A DNA stretch of 64,000 nt, taken from Alphaproteobacteria bacterium (GTDB lineage Bacteria; Pseudomonadota; Alphaproteobacteria; GCA-2746255). The DNA lies in contig OZ252220.1 in NCBI GenBank assembly GCA_965249135.1, forward strand, positions 480,001 through 544,000, in the 5' to 3' direction. Each line of letters opens with the position of its first letter. The stretch's first letter is position 1. Positions 23,047-33,172 of the stretch are shown here, in pieces. The position numbers and the translations under genes are program-made. Below the pieces are notes generated by a model. It saw nothing but the letters and a program-made list of their open reading frames with translations, searched no databases and was not told the origin of the DNA.

Positions 23047-23805
23047 CTAGCCACAACTTTCGGCGATCGCGCAGAATGCCTCAGCATCAAAGCTGGCGCC
23101 CCCGACCAGGGCCCCGTTCACTTCCTGGATGGCCAGAATCTCGGCCGCGTTGCTTGCCGTCACGGACCCCCCATAGAGAATGGGAAAGGCGGCTTCAGGC
23201 TGGAACCGTTCGTTGAGGAATGCCCGGATCCTTTCATGCACGGAGCCGATTTCATCGACGCTCGGCGTCTTGCCGCTGCCGATGGCCCATACCGGCTCGT
23301 AAGCGATCATCGTGTCTTTCGCCGAAATCCCCTCCGGTAGCGAGCTTAAGAGTTGCGATTCGACGATCGCCGCCGTCTTGTTTGCATCGTGCTCGGCCGC
23401 ACGCTCGCCAACGCAGACGATGGTTTTAAGCCCCGCCGCCTGCGCCGCGCCTACTTTTGCGGCAATTTGCCTATCCGTCTCGCCATAGGCCGCACGGCGT
23501 TCGGAATGGCCCAGAATCACGAAACGGCAGCCCAAATCGATAAGCATCGGTGCGGAAATATCACCCGTATGCGCCCCTTCCGCCTCCCAATGGCAGTCCT
23601 GGGCGCCAAGAAGGATGCCGCTTTTCTCCAAGGCTTCACCGACCGTGCTTAAAAGAGTCGCCGGCGGACAAAGGACCAGCTCCGCATTGCGCGGCTTCGC
23701 CACCTGCCAACGTTCGACAATCGCGCGTGCAAGCGCATCCCCCGCTTCACGCAGCACATTCATTTTCCAATTACCGGCTACCAACGGGCGTGGTGCATGC
23801 GTCAT
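23047..23805 (-). CDS. tpiA: Triosephosphate isomerase
   Basis: AGNWKM, GHSERR, AYEPVWAIG, YGGSV. Confidence 0.98.
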   Translation of the reverse strand: MTHAPRPLVAGNWKMNVLREAGDALARAIVERWQVAKPRNAELVLCPPATLLSTVGEALEKSGILLGAQDCHWEAEGAHTGDISAPMLIDLGCRFVILGHSERRAAYGETDRQIAAKVGAAQAAGLKTIVCVGERAAEHDANKTAAIVESQLLSSLPEGISAKDTMIAYEPVWAIGSGKTPSVDEIGSVHERIRAFLNERFQPEAAFPILYGGSVTASNAAEILAIQEVNGALVGGASFDAEAFCAIAESCG

Positions 23806-24000
23806 TTTCGTTCCCGAAGTCTTTTCAAGCGCGTCCGGTCGTTCGGCTTGCGTAGCATAGGGCCGGTCTGCTTTCCAGTCTCGCCGATAGGCAAAGCCGC
23901 GCCATTCTCTGGTTGCGAGGCCTCGGCGCCCTCTTTATCATACGGCGAGCAACAGCTTGAATTTCTACCTTTTTTCAACCTGCCGACCTCGCGATTTCGC

Positions 24001-25884
24001 ATGCTTGAATCGATCCGAAAGCACACGGCCTCCTGGGTCGTCAAGGGATTGCTACTTCTCCTCGTCCTCAGTTTCGCCGTCTGGGGGATTGGCGATATTT
24101 TTCGTGGCGGGCGCGAAAAGACCGTCGTCACCGTAAGCGACATCAAGATTACCAGCAGTCAGCTGAATCGTGAATTTCGGCGTGAAATGAATCGCGTTCA
24201 GCACATCTTCGAGAATGCCCTTACCTCGGAACAGGCGCGTGAAATGGGCCTTCTCGATCGCGCACTCGACCGTATGATTGCCGAGATGATGTTTGATCTG
24301 GAAGTCCACGATTTGCGCCTGTTGACGAGCGATTCGCTGGTTGCCGCAAGGATTAAGGAAAATCCTGCTTTTCGCGACCGCTTTGGGGATTTCGATCGAC
24401 AGATTTTCTATCAACTGTTGATGAACAACGGCTACTCGGAAGAACAGTTTACGGACCTGGTGCGCCGCGGCATCACGCGCAATCGGCTAACGGAAGCCGT
24501 CACCCACGGAACGATCGTGCCGGAACGGTTGGGAACGATCCTATTCAAATTCCTGAAAGAAGAACGGATCTCGGAAGTCATACGGGTGCCCGCCAGCAAA
24601 ATGAAGCGCGTCGGAAAACCGAACGCGGAAACACTAACCGCCTATCACGAGGAGCATTCCAGAAACTACATGTCGCCGGAATACCGTGGGATAACGGCGA
24701 TCGTCATTTCACCGGATGATTTCCTAAGCGAGGTCGAAGTTTCCGAAGACGAACTTCAGGAGGAATACGAAGCCAAGCTTGGCGAATTATCCGTCCCGGA
24801 ACGACGCGAAATCGAGCAGATCCTACTCTCGGACGAGGAAAGCGCCACGAAGGCGGAAGCCATGCTGGCTTCTGGCACGACCTTCGAAGGCGTCGCACAA
24901 GAAGTCGGAAAGGTCGAGAAAGGTGCCAATCTTTCCCTGGGCAGTCACGCACGCGAGGAGCTGATTGCGGAGCTTTCCGAGCCGGCTTTTGCACTCATAA
25001 AGGGCGAGATCAGCAAAGCGATTCAAAGCCCCTTCGGTTGGCATATCCTGCGCGTAAAGGAGATTGCACCCGGCTCGACCCCGAAATTAGAAGACGTGCG
25101 CGCGCAAATTACGGACGAGATCGCACGTGGGCGTGCAATCGACAGCCTTTACGCCATCTCGACGGAACTCGAAGACCGTCTTGCCGGCGGCGCCACATTG
25201 GAAGAAGCAAGTAGGGAATTGAACCTTTCCATTCTTCAATTCGAAAATGTGAGCGGCGATGGAAAAACGCCGAAAGGGAAAATGGCCGACGCGCTTCCCG
25301 ATATCGAGGATTTTCTTTCCGTCGCATTTGAAACAGAGGGCGGTAAAGAAAGCACCATGGTGGAAACGAAGGACGGGGGATTTTTCATTTTGCGGATCGA
25401 TAGCGTCACACATTCGGCGCTGCTACCGCTCGAGAAAATTCGCAACCAGGTCATCGCCGATTGGAAGGCGGGAGAACGCACTCGCAAGGCGGAGAAAATG
25501 GCCGTGAAAATTGTCGAAACTGCCAAGCAGGGAAAAAGCCTGAAAAGCCTTGCCGCCAATCGGCGTTTACGAGTGAAGGCGACGGGCGCGCTCATGCGCG
25601 ATGCGGAGGACAGTGACCTAGGCATCACCGCAGAACTGGTCGATAAAATTTTCGCAGGCAAGGTCGGCGACGTGGTCATGGCCCCTTCGGAGGACGGCTA
25701 CGCCGTCGCCAAGGTCAAGGAAATCCGCGCAGCCGATATTTCCAAGGACACCGAATCGGTAGAAAACGTGCGTACACGTGTCCTGCAATCGATGGCGAAC
25801 GATGTCCTTGATCAATACACCGCCGCGCTTGAAAAGAAATACCCGGTCGAAATCTATCATTCAGCCATCGAATCGGCGTATTAA
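24001..25884 (+). CDS. ppiD: SurA_N/PpiD-type periplasmic peptidyl-prolyl isomerase chaperone
   Basis: MLESIRK..LLVLSFAVWGI anchor, parvulin motif SPFGWHILRV; between tpiA and trpE. Confidence 0.85.
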   Translation: MLESIRKHTASWVVKGLLLLLVLSFAVWGIGDIFRGGREKTVVTVSDIKITSSQLNREFRREMNRVQHIFENALTSEQAREMGLLDRALDRMIAEMMFDLEVHDLRLLTSDSLVAARIKENPAFRDRFGDFDRQIFYQLLMNNGYSEEQFTDLVRRGITRNRLTEAVTHGTIVPERLGTILFKFLKEERISEVIRVPASKMKRVGKPNAETLTAYHEEHSRNYMSPEYRGITAIVISPDDFLSEVEVSEDELQEEYEAKLGELSVPERREIEQILLSDEESATKAEAMLASGTTFEGVAQEVGKVEKGANLSLGSHAREELIAELSEPAFALIKGEISKAIQSPFGWHILRVKEIAPGSTPKLEDVRAQITDEIARGRAIDSLYAISTELEDRLAGGATLEEASRELNLSILQFENVSGDGKTPKGKMADALPDIEDFLSVAFETEGGKESTMVETKDGGFFILRIDSVTHSALLPLEKIRNQVIADWKAGERTRKAEKMAVKIVETAKQGKSLKSLAANRRLRVKATGALMRDAEDSDLGITAELVDKIFAGKVGDVVMAPSEDGYAVAKVKEIRAADISKDTESVENVRTRVLQSMANDVLDQYTAALEKKYPVEIYHSAIESAY

Positions 25885-25894
25885 TCCTTTCGCA

Positions 25895-27418
25895 ATGCTG
25901 GCTAACCCTGCGCTTTCTGAATTTACGGATACCCATGACGCCGGCCGATCGCAAGTCGTCTGGACGAAACTGATCGCCGATCTGGAAACGCCCGTCTCGG
26001 CAATGCAAAAACTTGCCCGGAGCGCGCCGAACAGTTTCCTGCTCGAATCCGTCGAAGGAGGTGCCGTACGCGGGCGCTACTCCTTCATCGGCACACGCCC
26101 GGACGTCATTTGGCGCTGTTTCGGAGATAAGGCGGAAATTAACGAAAACGCCAGCGACGATGCCGAGGCTTTCGTTCCGGCGGCCAGCGGGGCCTTTCGT
26201 TCGTTCCGGGAGCTTCTTGCAAAATCCGCGATCGAACTTCCCGACGAGCTACCGCCGATGGCGGCCGGCCTCGTCGGCTACATGGGCTACGACATGGTTC
26301 GCCTTATGGAGGCCCTGCCGGCAACCAATCCGGAAGGCCTAACCAGCATGCCGGATGGTATGTTCGTTCGGCCCACGGTGATGGCCATCTTCGACAACAT
26401 CCAGGATACGGCGATCCTAGTCACGCCGGTTCGCCCGAAGGAAGGAAAGAACGCGAAAACCGCCTATGCAGAGGCCGAAGCACGCCTCGGCCAGTGCATC
26501 GCCGATTTGAGCACCAGCCTTTCACCCGAGATTGCCATGCCCTCGGCCGGCGAGCCGCCTGCCCCGGTCTCGAACATGCCGCGCGAGGCCTATCATGGGA
26601 TGGTCGAACGGGCGAAGGCATACATCCTAGCCGGAGACATTTTTCAAGTCGTGCCATCGCAACGTTTTCAGGTTCCCTTCACGCTTCCTCCCATTGCGCT
26701 TTACCGCGCGCTTCGCCGGCTCAACCCTTCTCCATTTCTATTCCTTCTCGATTTTCAGGGCTTTGCCATTGTCGGCTCGTCGCCGGAAATCATGGTTCGG
26801 GTCCGCGACGGCGTGGTGACGATCCGGCCGATCGCCGGAACGCGACGGCGTGGCGGGGATGATGAAGAAGACAAACGCTTGGCGGAGGATCTGCTGGCGG
26901 ATCCGAAGGAGAGGGCCGAACACCTCATGTTGCTGGACCTGGGACGAAACGATGTCGGGCGCGTGGCAAAGGTCGGCACCGTGGAAGTCACGGAAGAAAT
27001 GGCTGTCGAATACTACTCGCACGTCATGCACCTGGTTTCCAACGTCAAAGGAACCCTCGATCCGAAATTCGATGCGATCGACGCACTGATCGCAGGCTTT
27101 CCCGCCGGCACCGTTTCCGGCGCACCGAAAGTCCGCGCAATGGAGATCATCGAGGAGCTTGAGCCGGACCGCCGCGGCATTTACGGCGGCTGCGTGGGCT
27201 ATTTTTCGTCAAACGGCGCAATGGATAGTTGCATCGCCCTGCGTACGGCGATCGTAAAAGATGGAGTGATGTACGTACAGGCGGGCGGCGGCGTCGTAGC
27301 CGACAGCAAACCGGAAGCGGAATACCAAGAAAGCTGCAACAAGGCGATGGCACTCTTACGCGCCGCAGAAGAGGCCGTGCGCCATGCCTCAAATGACGAA
27401 GGGGAGACGTCCACCTAG
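25895..27418 (+). CDS. trpE: Anthranilate synthase component I
   Basis: [38 protein letters not shown]; stop TAG is part of the IS target CTAG. Confidence 0.97.
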   Translation: MLANPALSEFTDTHDAGRSQVVWTKLIADLETPVSAMQKLARSAPNSFLLESVEGGAVRGRYSFIGTRPDVIWRCFGDKAEINENASDDAEAFVPAASGAFRSFRELLAKSAIELPDELPPMAAGLVGYMGYDMVRLMEALPATNPEGLTSMPDGMFVRPTVMAIFDNIQDTAILVTPVRPKEGKNAKTAYAEAEARLGQCIADLSTSLSPEIAMPSAGEPPAPVSNMPREAYHGMVERAKAYILAGDIFQVVPSQRFQVPFTLPPIALYRALRRLNPSPFLFLLDFQGFAIVGSSPEIMVRVRDGVVTIRPIAGTRRRGGDDEEDKRLAEDLLADPKERAEHLMLLDLGRNDVGRVAKVGTVEVTEEMAVEYYSHVMHLVSNVKGTLDPKFDAIDALIAGFPAGTVSGAPKVRAMEIIEELEPDRRGIYGGCVGYFSSNGAMDSCIALRTAIVKDGVMYVQAGGGVVADSKPEAEYQESCNKAMALLRAAEEAVRHASNDEGETST

Positions 27419-28496
27419 TGGATGGAATCTAACGCTTGATGCCCGCGTTTGACGGCGGAGATGATTTTGTCCGGGTCAGCGGTCCAGCGAAATGGCTTGG
27501 CTTCGTTGGCGTTATGCTCGGCGACGAAGCGGTTGATGGCGGCTTGAAGGTCAACGACGGAGTGGAAGACGCCGCGTTTGAGCCGGCGCTTGGCGAGTTT
27601 TGCGAAGAAGCCTTCCACGGCGTTGAGCCAGGAACAGGAAGTCGGTGTGAAGTGAAAGGTCCAGCGCGGATGACGGTCGAGCCAGCGTCGGACCTTGGGG
27701 TGCTTGTGGACGGCATAGTTGTCGAGAATGGCATGGATGACCGTACCGGCGGGCGTTCCGGCCTCGACCGTGTTGAGGAAGCGGATGAATTCTTGATGGC
27801 GATGACGCTGCATGTTGCGGCCGATGACCGTGCCGTCGAGGACGTTCAGGGCGGCGAACAGCGTGGTCGTGCCATGCCGCTTGTAATCGTGGGTCATCGT
27901 TCCGGCGCGGCCTTTCTTTAGCGGCAGGCCGGCTGCGTGCGATCGAGGGCCTGGATCTGGCTCTTTTCGTCGACACTGAGCACGATGGCATGGGCGGGCG
28001 GGTCGACATAGAGCCCGACAACGTCGCGCAGCTTGTCGGCGAAGTTGGCGTCTTTGGAGAGCTTGAACTGACGCACCCGATGAGGCTGGGGCCCGTGGGC
28101 ACGCCAAATGCGTTGCACAGAAGAGACGGAAACGCCGAGCTTCCCGGCTATCATGGCGGCCGTCCAGTGGGTCGCCTCGGCGGGCGGATCGGTCAGGGTC
28201 AGATCGACGATGTGCAAGGCGACACCGGGTTCGAGCGGCGGAATGCGCGAAGGCCGGGTCTTGTCCCGCAGCAGGCCATCGACGCCCTCGGCCATGAACC
28301 GTTCCTGCCACCGCCAGACGCAAGGCTTCGACTTCCCGGTCCGGCGCATGATCTCGACCGTCCCCGCGCCGTCAGCCGTGGCCAAAATGATCCCGGCCCG
28401 CCAGACATGCTTCTGCGGGCTGTTCCTGTCCGCCACGACCGCTTCCAGACGAGCACGGTCGGCGACGCAAACCTCGAAGGTAATCCCTGTGCGCAT
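27415..28496 (-). pseudogene. IS630 transposase, split by a 1-nt frameshift
   Basis: MRTGITF...QALDRTQP continues as [16 protein letters not shown] only in the -1 frame (about 27928-27935); restoring 1 nt gives 360 aa. Confidence 0.85.
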
Positions 28497-28556
28497 GCCC
28501 GCAGACTCGCACATACACTCCGACAAGGGAATCGTCCGTTAGAGTTTATCCACTAG
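27415..28556 (-). mobile_element. IS630-family insertion sequence, copy 1 (coordinates include both CTAG)
   Basis: Imperfect terminal IRs CTAGTGGATGGAATCTAACG / CTAGTGGATAAACTCTAACG (17/20); HTH + DDE transposase (VDEK, ILDNY, NAVEGFF). Confidence 0.96.
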
Positions 28557-29185
28557 GAGTCGAGGGGAGTGGCCAGACCATGGCGCGGGATTTGCCCTCG
28601 CTCCCCCTACACCCGGACGCTGAGAAGTACTACCAGGAAGCGGGGTACAGCCCCAAGCCGCCAGAAATTGTTGAACAGATTCGCGACTGGTTGAAGTCGT
28701 CCTGGCATATCGTAGCGATCCTCGTGATCTTGACTGGCGCGTATAGGGGCCTCCTCTTATATAGGCGCAACTCGAAGACCAACGAGATAGGTAGGCGGAT
28801 TCTTGAGGTTTCAACGGAAGCGAACGAACCGGACTCGGTGCGCAAGCTGTTGGAGATCCGCAACGAGATCCGGGAGCGTGTGTGCCGGCAGTGGTGGCGT
28901 CCGGGGGAGTTGGATAGACCCCGGTGGCGCCATCTCAACGACCTGATCAATGACGGAATCCACAGAGCGACAGAAAACTTGACCCGCGCCTTAGCGGGGG
29001 AGATCCGAGGGATCTCAAAGGACCCCAACTTGGACGATGCGACGCGGCGCGAGCGCCTCCAACCGCTCGAGGAACGCGTCTGGAGATGTTTCGGGAGAGG
29101 CGAGTTGGAGGCATCGGAACGTGGCGTGCTCGTGGAATTGATCCGGGAAAGCATCCATCAGACGGCCAACTCAAAGGAGAAGTGA
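28557..29185 (+). pseudogene. 3' remnant of a TAXI-type solute-binding protein gene with TM and cytoplasmic tail
   Basis: Frame open from the IS junction; PLHPDAEKYYQEAG resembles the TAXI-family C-terminal motif, followed by a TM helix; internal ATG at 28580. Confidence 0.6.
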
Positions 29186-29319
29186 CAGTCTTCAGCGGCG
29201 TCATCGATGGAGTTCAGCGCGCCAACGACCGAGGCAGCCTTCTCCGGGCATACCCCGATATCTCCATTCAAAATTCCGAGATCGGCATCAATGGTTGCAA
29301 GTCTGCAGCCCACACGGTG

Positions 29320-30624
29320 TCACGGAGGCGTCAGCGGCTGCCGACTATACTTGCTCTCAGGGTACTGGTAGCCGGGATCCAAAGCAACCCCCTCGCTGCG
29401 CATGATCCGAAGGAAATTTTCCGTGGCCAGCTTCTTGATGAGTTCTGGGTCCCCGAGCGCATCGAAGAGCGGGTCATAGATTCGGATCTGATCCGGGTAG
29501 TCGCCAAATCTTCCTACCGCGTCAGAGCCGAGTACAAAATTTTCGGGGTATTTCCGAATCAGCGCAACCCAGCCGTCAAGATCCTTCAGGACGTACTCGG
29601 GATAAACCACCCAAGAGAGATCAATGACCACATGTTTCCAGTGTGCGGCAAGCACACGGTCCAGATGGTCCGTTAAGTCTGGAACAAGGACCCGCCGACT
29701 GATGCCCGCGTGGCACCAAATGAAAGTCGTGTCCGGGAACTCGTTGAAGGCGTCAAGCAACTCCGGAAGGTATACCGGCTCCTTGAGTTCGTCACCGGGA
29801 GAAACGGGAGCCATATTGTGATGGATGCTCACCGGGATGCCATGTTCGCCGGCAAAGTCGAATATGCGCAAGATGGCTGGGTGATTCGCACGAGGACGCT
29901 CGCCGGTAGTGAGGTTCGTGAGGTCGTCGTGCCTAGACATCACCTCGCCGATGCATTTGAACACGCCGGGGAACTCTTTCATCCGTTTGGCAATCATATC
30001 CACTGCACCGAGGTCGGTGCTGTCGAACCCAGATACGCAGGGGTAGAGACGCTTGAATTGCTGGTGAGCGATCTCCCCACCTCCGCCCTTGAAGTCTTCA
30101 ATCGCCAATGCAACGTGGTAGTCCGTGTCGCGTGCGAGCACTACCCGCGAAGTGGAGTCGAGGTAGTAAGCTGGTCGGAAGGACTCATTCTCGGACCACT
30201 TCTTGAGAAATGGCATACCTGTCACTAGAGCGTGACTGACGTTCGCACGGTCCATCGCCCAGAGAAGTGCTTCGATACGCTTCCCTCGCTGGCCCGCTGG
30301 CAATGCTGCGCCGGGCACCTTTTGAACGATTTTTCCGTTTTCCAAGTAGTCGCCGTTCTGGAGAAAGTCCAGGAGATGAACGTGGGCATCGGCGATTACG
30401 ACGTCGTCGTATTTATCGGCCGCAGAAGGGGCGCTAACGAGAAAAAAGACTGCGAACGTCAAAGCCAAAAAGCAGATTTTGAATCTGGCTTTCCGCCAGG
30501 TTTTCTGATTGCAAAGCAGTGTTCGCACGCTTAGTGGACGGGTGATCTCGTGGTCCTCCGTCTCTGCCTCGGCAGGTTTGGCCCTGTTCTTGTTCAAGAT
30601 ACGCCCGAGCCAAAGGGTATTCAA
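29320..30624 (-). CDS. Secreted amidohydrolase-superfamily (amidohydro_2-like) protein; start uncertain
   Basis: Signal-like FLALTFAVFFLVSAPSAA, then DAHVH, IGEV..RHDDLT, SIHHN, WCHAG, LGSD. Confidence 0.85.
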   Translation of the reverse strand: MNTLWLGRILNKNRAKPAEAETEDHEITRPLSVRTLLCNQKTWRKARFKICFLALTFAVFFLVSAPSAADKYDDVVIADAHVHLLDFLQNGDYLENGKIVQKVPGAALPAGQRGKRIEALLWAMDRANVSHALVTGMPFLKKWSENESFRPAYYLDSTSRVVLARDTDYHVALAIEDFKGGGGEIAHQQFKRLYPCVSGFDSTDLGAVDMIAKRMKEFPGVFKCIGEVMSRHDDLTNLTTGERPRANHPAILRIFDFAGEHGIPVSIHHNMAPVSPGDELKEPVYLPELLDAFNEFPDTTFIWCHAGISRRVLVPDLTDHLDRVLAAHWKHVVIDLSWVVYPEYVLKDLDGWVALIRKYPENFVLGSDAVGRFGDYPDQIRIYDPLFDALGDPELIKKLATENFLRIMRSEGVALDPGYQYPESKYSRQPLTPP

Positions 30625-30645
30625 CTAAACCCACTCGCTGCTGCT

Positions 30646-31787
30646 CTAGTGGATGGAATCTAACGCTTGATGCCCGCGTTTGACGGCGGAGATGATTTTG
30701 TCCGGGTCAGCGGTCCAGCGAAATGGCTTGGCTTCGTTGGCGTTATGCTCGGCGACGAAGCGGTTGATGGCGGCTTGAAGGTCAACGACGGAGTGGAAGA
30801 CGCCGCGTTTGAGCCGGCGCTTGGCGAGTTTTGCGAAGAAGCCTTCCACGGCGTTGAGCCAGGAACAGGAAGTCGGTGTGAAGTGAAAGGTCCAGCGCGG
30901 ATGACGGTCGAGCCAGCGTCGGACCTTGGGGTGCTTGTGGACGGCATAGTTGTCGAGAATGGCATGGATGACCGTACCGGCGGGCGTTCCGGCCTCGACC
31001 GTGTTGAGGAAGCGGATGAATTCTTGATGGCGATGACGCTGCATGTTGCGGCCGATGACCGTGCCGTCGAGGACGTTCAGGGCGGCGAACAGCGTGGTCG
31101 TGCCATGCCGCTTGTAATCGTGGGTCATCGTTCCGGCGCGGCCTTTCTTTAGCGGCAGGCCGGCTGCGTGCGATCGAGGGCCTGGATCTGGCTCTTTTCG
31201 TCGACACTGAGCACGATGGCATGGGCGGGCGGGTCGACATAGAGCCCGACAACGTCGCGCAGCTTGTCGGCGAAGTTGGCGTCTTTGGAGAGCTTGAACT
31301 GACGCACCCGATGAGGCTGGGGCCCGTGGGCACGCCAAATGCGTTGCACAGAAGAGACGGAAACGCCGAGCTTCCCGGCTATCATGGCGGCCGTCCAGTG
31401 GGTCGCCTCGGCGGGCGGATCGGTCAGGGTCAGATCGACGATGTGCAAGGCGACACCGGGTTCGAGCGGCGGAATGCGCGAAGGCCGGGTCTTGTCCCGC
31501 AGCAGGCCATCGACGCCCTCGGCCATGAACCGTTCCTGCCACCGCCAGACGCAAGGCTTCGACTTCCCGGTCCGGCGCATGATCTCGACCGTCCCCGCGC
31601 CGTCAGCCGTGGCCAAAATGATCCCGGCCCGCCAGACATGCTTCTGCGGGCTGTTCCTGTCCGCCACGACCGCTTCCAGACGAGCACGGTCGGCGACGCA
31701 AACCTCGAAGGTAATCCCTGTGCGCATGCCCGCAGACTCGCACATACACTCCGACAAGGGAATCGTCCGTTAGAGTTTATCCACTAG
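30646..31787 (-). mobile_element. IS630-family insertion sequence, copy 2 (direct repeat of copy 1)
   Basis: Constant 3231-bp offset from copy 1, identical ends and identical translations in all listed frames, same frameshift. Confidence 0.96.
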
Positions 31788-32754
31788 TTGCCGGCAATCC
31801 CTTTTTTGCCAAGCCGTCTTCGCACCACCGCACTCACCGGCACCAGCGCAAAGCCTTTTTCGGTAAGGGTCGGCAGCCATTCCCGAAGGGCTGCCATCGT
31901 CACATCGTGGGGATGGCCGATGGCGATCGCGGATCCTTCCGCGCGTGCAACCGCCTCCAGCTTCACCAAACGCTCATTTACATTCTCTGCCGAACGCGAA
32001 TTGTCGAGAAAAACCCGCCGTTCCGCGAAGGGAAGGCCGATTTCGCTCGCCAGCTTTTCTGCGACGGTGTCCGCGCTCGTTCGGGAATCGATGAACAGAA
32101 GGCCGCGAGTTTTCAATTCTTGAAAGACCAGGGCCAATTGTTCCGCATCCTTCGTGAATTTGCTGCCCATGTGGTTGTTGATGCCGACATAATGGTCGAA
32201 ACGATCGAGATTCCAACGAAGCCGTTCCAGGATCTCTTGGGATTACATATGGGTCATCAGCGCCTGCGGCCCGGGGTCTCCCAGCTTCCCCTCCGGCTCC
32301 ATCGGAACGTGAACGAGCAATTCGTGCCCGGCTTTGCGCGCGCTTGCCGCTTGTTCCGGTAGTTTGGACGCATAGGGAAGAAAGGCGAGCGTAAGTGGCC
32401 CCGGCAGCCCGATTGCCATCCTTGCGCGCACTTGATTGAGACCAAGGTCATCGACGATGATGGCGATGAGCGGCTTTTCGCCGTTTTCAGAGACCAAAGC
32501 GGCGTTTCGTATCCATGATGGCTGTGCGCCGCCGCCCGGCAGGAAGTTGCCCGGCCTTGCCGGCGGCAAGCTCACGACCTTGAGGCCGGGCTGCGGGCTT
32601 AAGGCTTTTTGCCCGCCCCCAGTTTCGCCGCGGAAGGCGCATCGGCAAAAAGGGCCGTGAGACCGGCGCCGATTGCCAAACTGGCACCTAAGCAAAGGAG
32701 GGTAACGAGCGCCAATGCCCAAGGCGTCGCCGCTTTTTGCTTATCTTCACCCAT
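31784..32754 (-). pseudogene. Divergent polysaccharide deacetylase (YibQ-like), disrupted
   Basis: IAIIVDDLG, HVPMEP, GINNHMGSKFT, FIDSRT, AIGHPH; in-frame TAA at 32243-32245 and a frameshift between the N-terminal TM segment and the rest (about 32600-32650). Confidence 0.88.
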
Positions 32755-33172
32755 GCATTTCGTCGGAAAACTGATCTTCCGTCTCACCGTCGGCAAGCTC
32801 GTTCAGGATTGGGCATTCCGGACGCACATCGCCATGGCACCGTTCCGTGAGATCGAAGAGAATCTCACGAATTCCCTCCAACTCACGGATACGTTGCTCG
32901 ATCCTTGAAATTTGCCAAACGGCCAGTTCTTTCACCTCGCCGCTCGAACGCTGCTGATCCCGCCATAGCGTCAGCAGATTTGCGACGTCATCGACGGAAA
33001 AACCCAACCTGCGTGAGCGTTGAACGAAACGCAAGGTCGCAACGTCGCTTGCCGTATAGATTCGATAGCCACTCGTGGAGCGGTGGGCCTCGGGAATAAG
33101 ACCGATCGATTCGTAATAGCGAATCGTTTTTGCCGGCAGGCCGGATTTTTCGGATACTTCGCCGATATTCAT
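32747..33172 (-). CDS. cueR: Cu(I)-responsive MerR-family regulator CueR
   Basis: MNIGE, KTIRYYESIGL, CHGDVRPECPIL metal loop; ATG 33172 overlaps the copA stop. Confidence 0.95.
   Translation of the reverse strand: MNIGEVSEKSGLPAKTIRYYESIGLIPEAHRSTSGYRIYTASDVATLRFVQRSRRLGFSVDDVANLLTLWRDQQRSSGEVKELAVWQISRIEQRIRELEGIREILFDLTERCHGDVRPECPILNELADGETEDQFSDEMHG

Noticed and set aside
28546-28554. DnaA-like box TTATCCACT in the IS end
   Set aside because: One mismatch and fully explained as part of the terminal inverted repeat
27436-28556. Plus-strand ORFs inside the IS (161 and 188 aa, also in copy 2)
   Set aside because: Antisense shadows of the transposase; the IH* ending simply mirrors the inverted repeat
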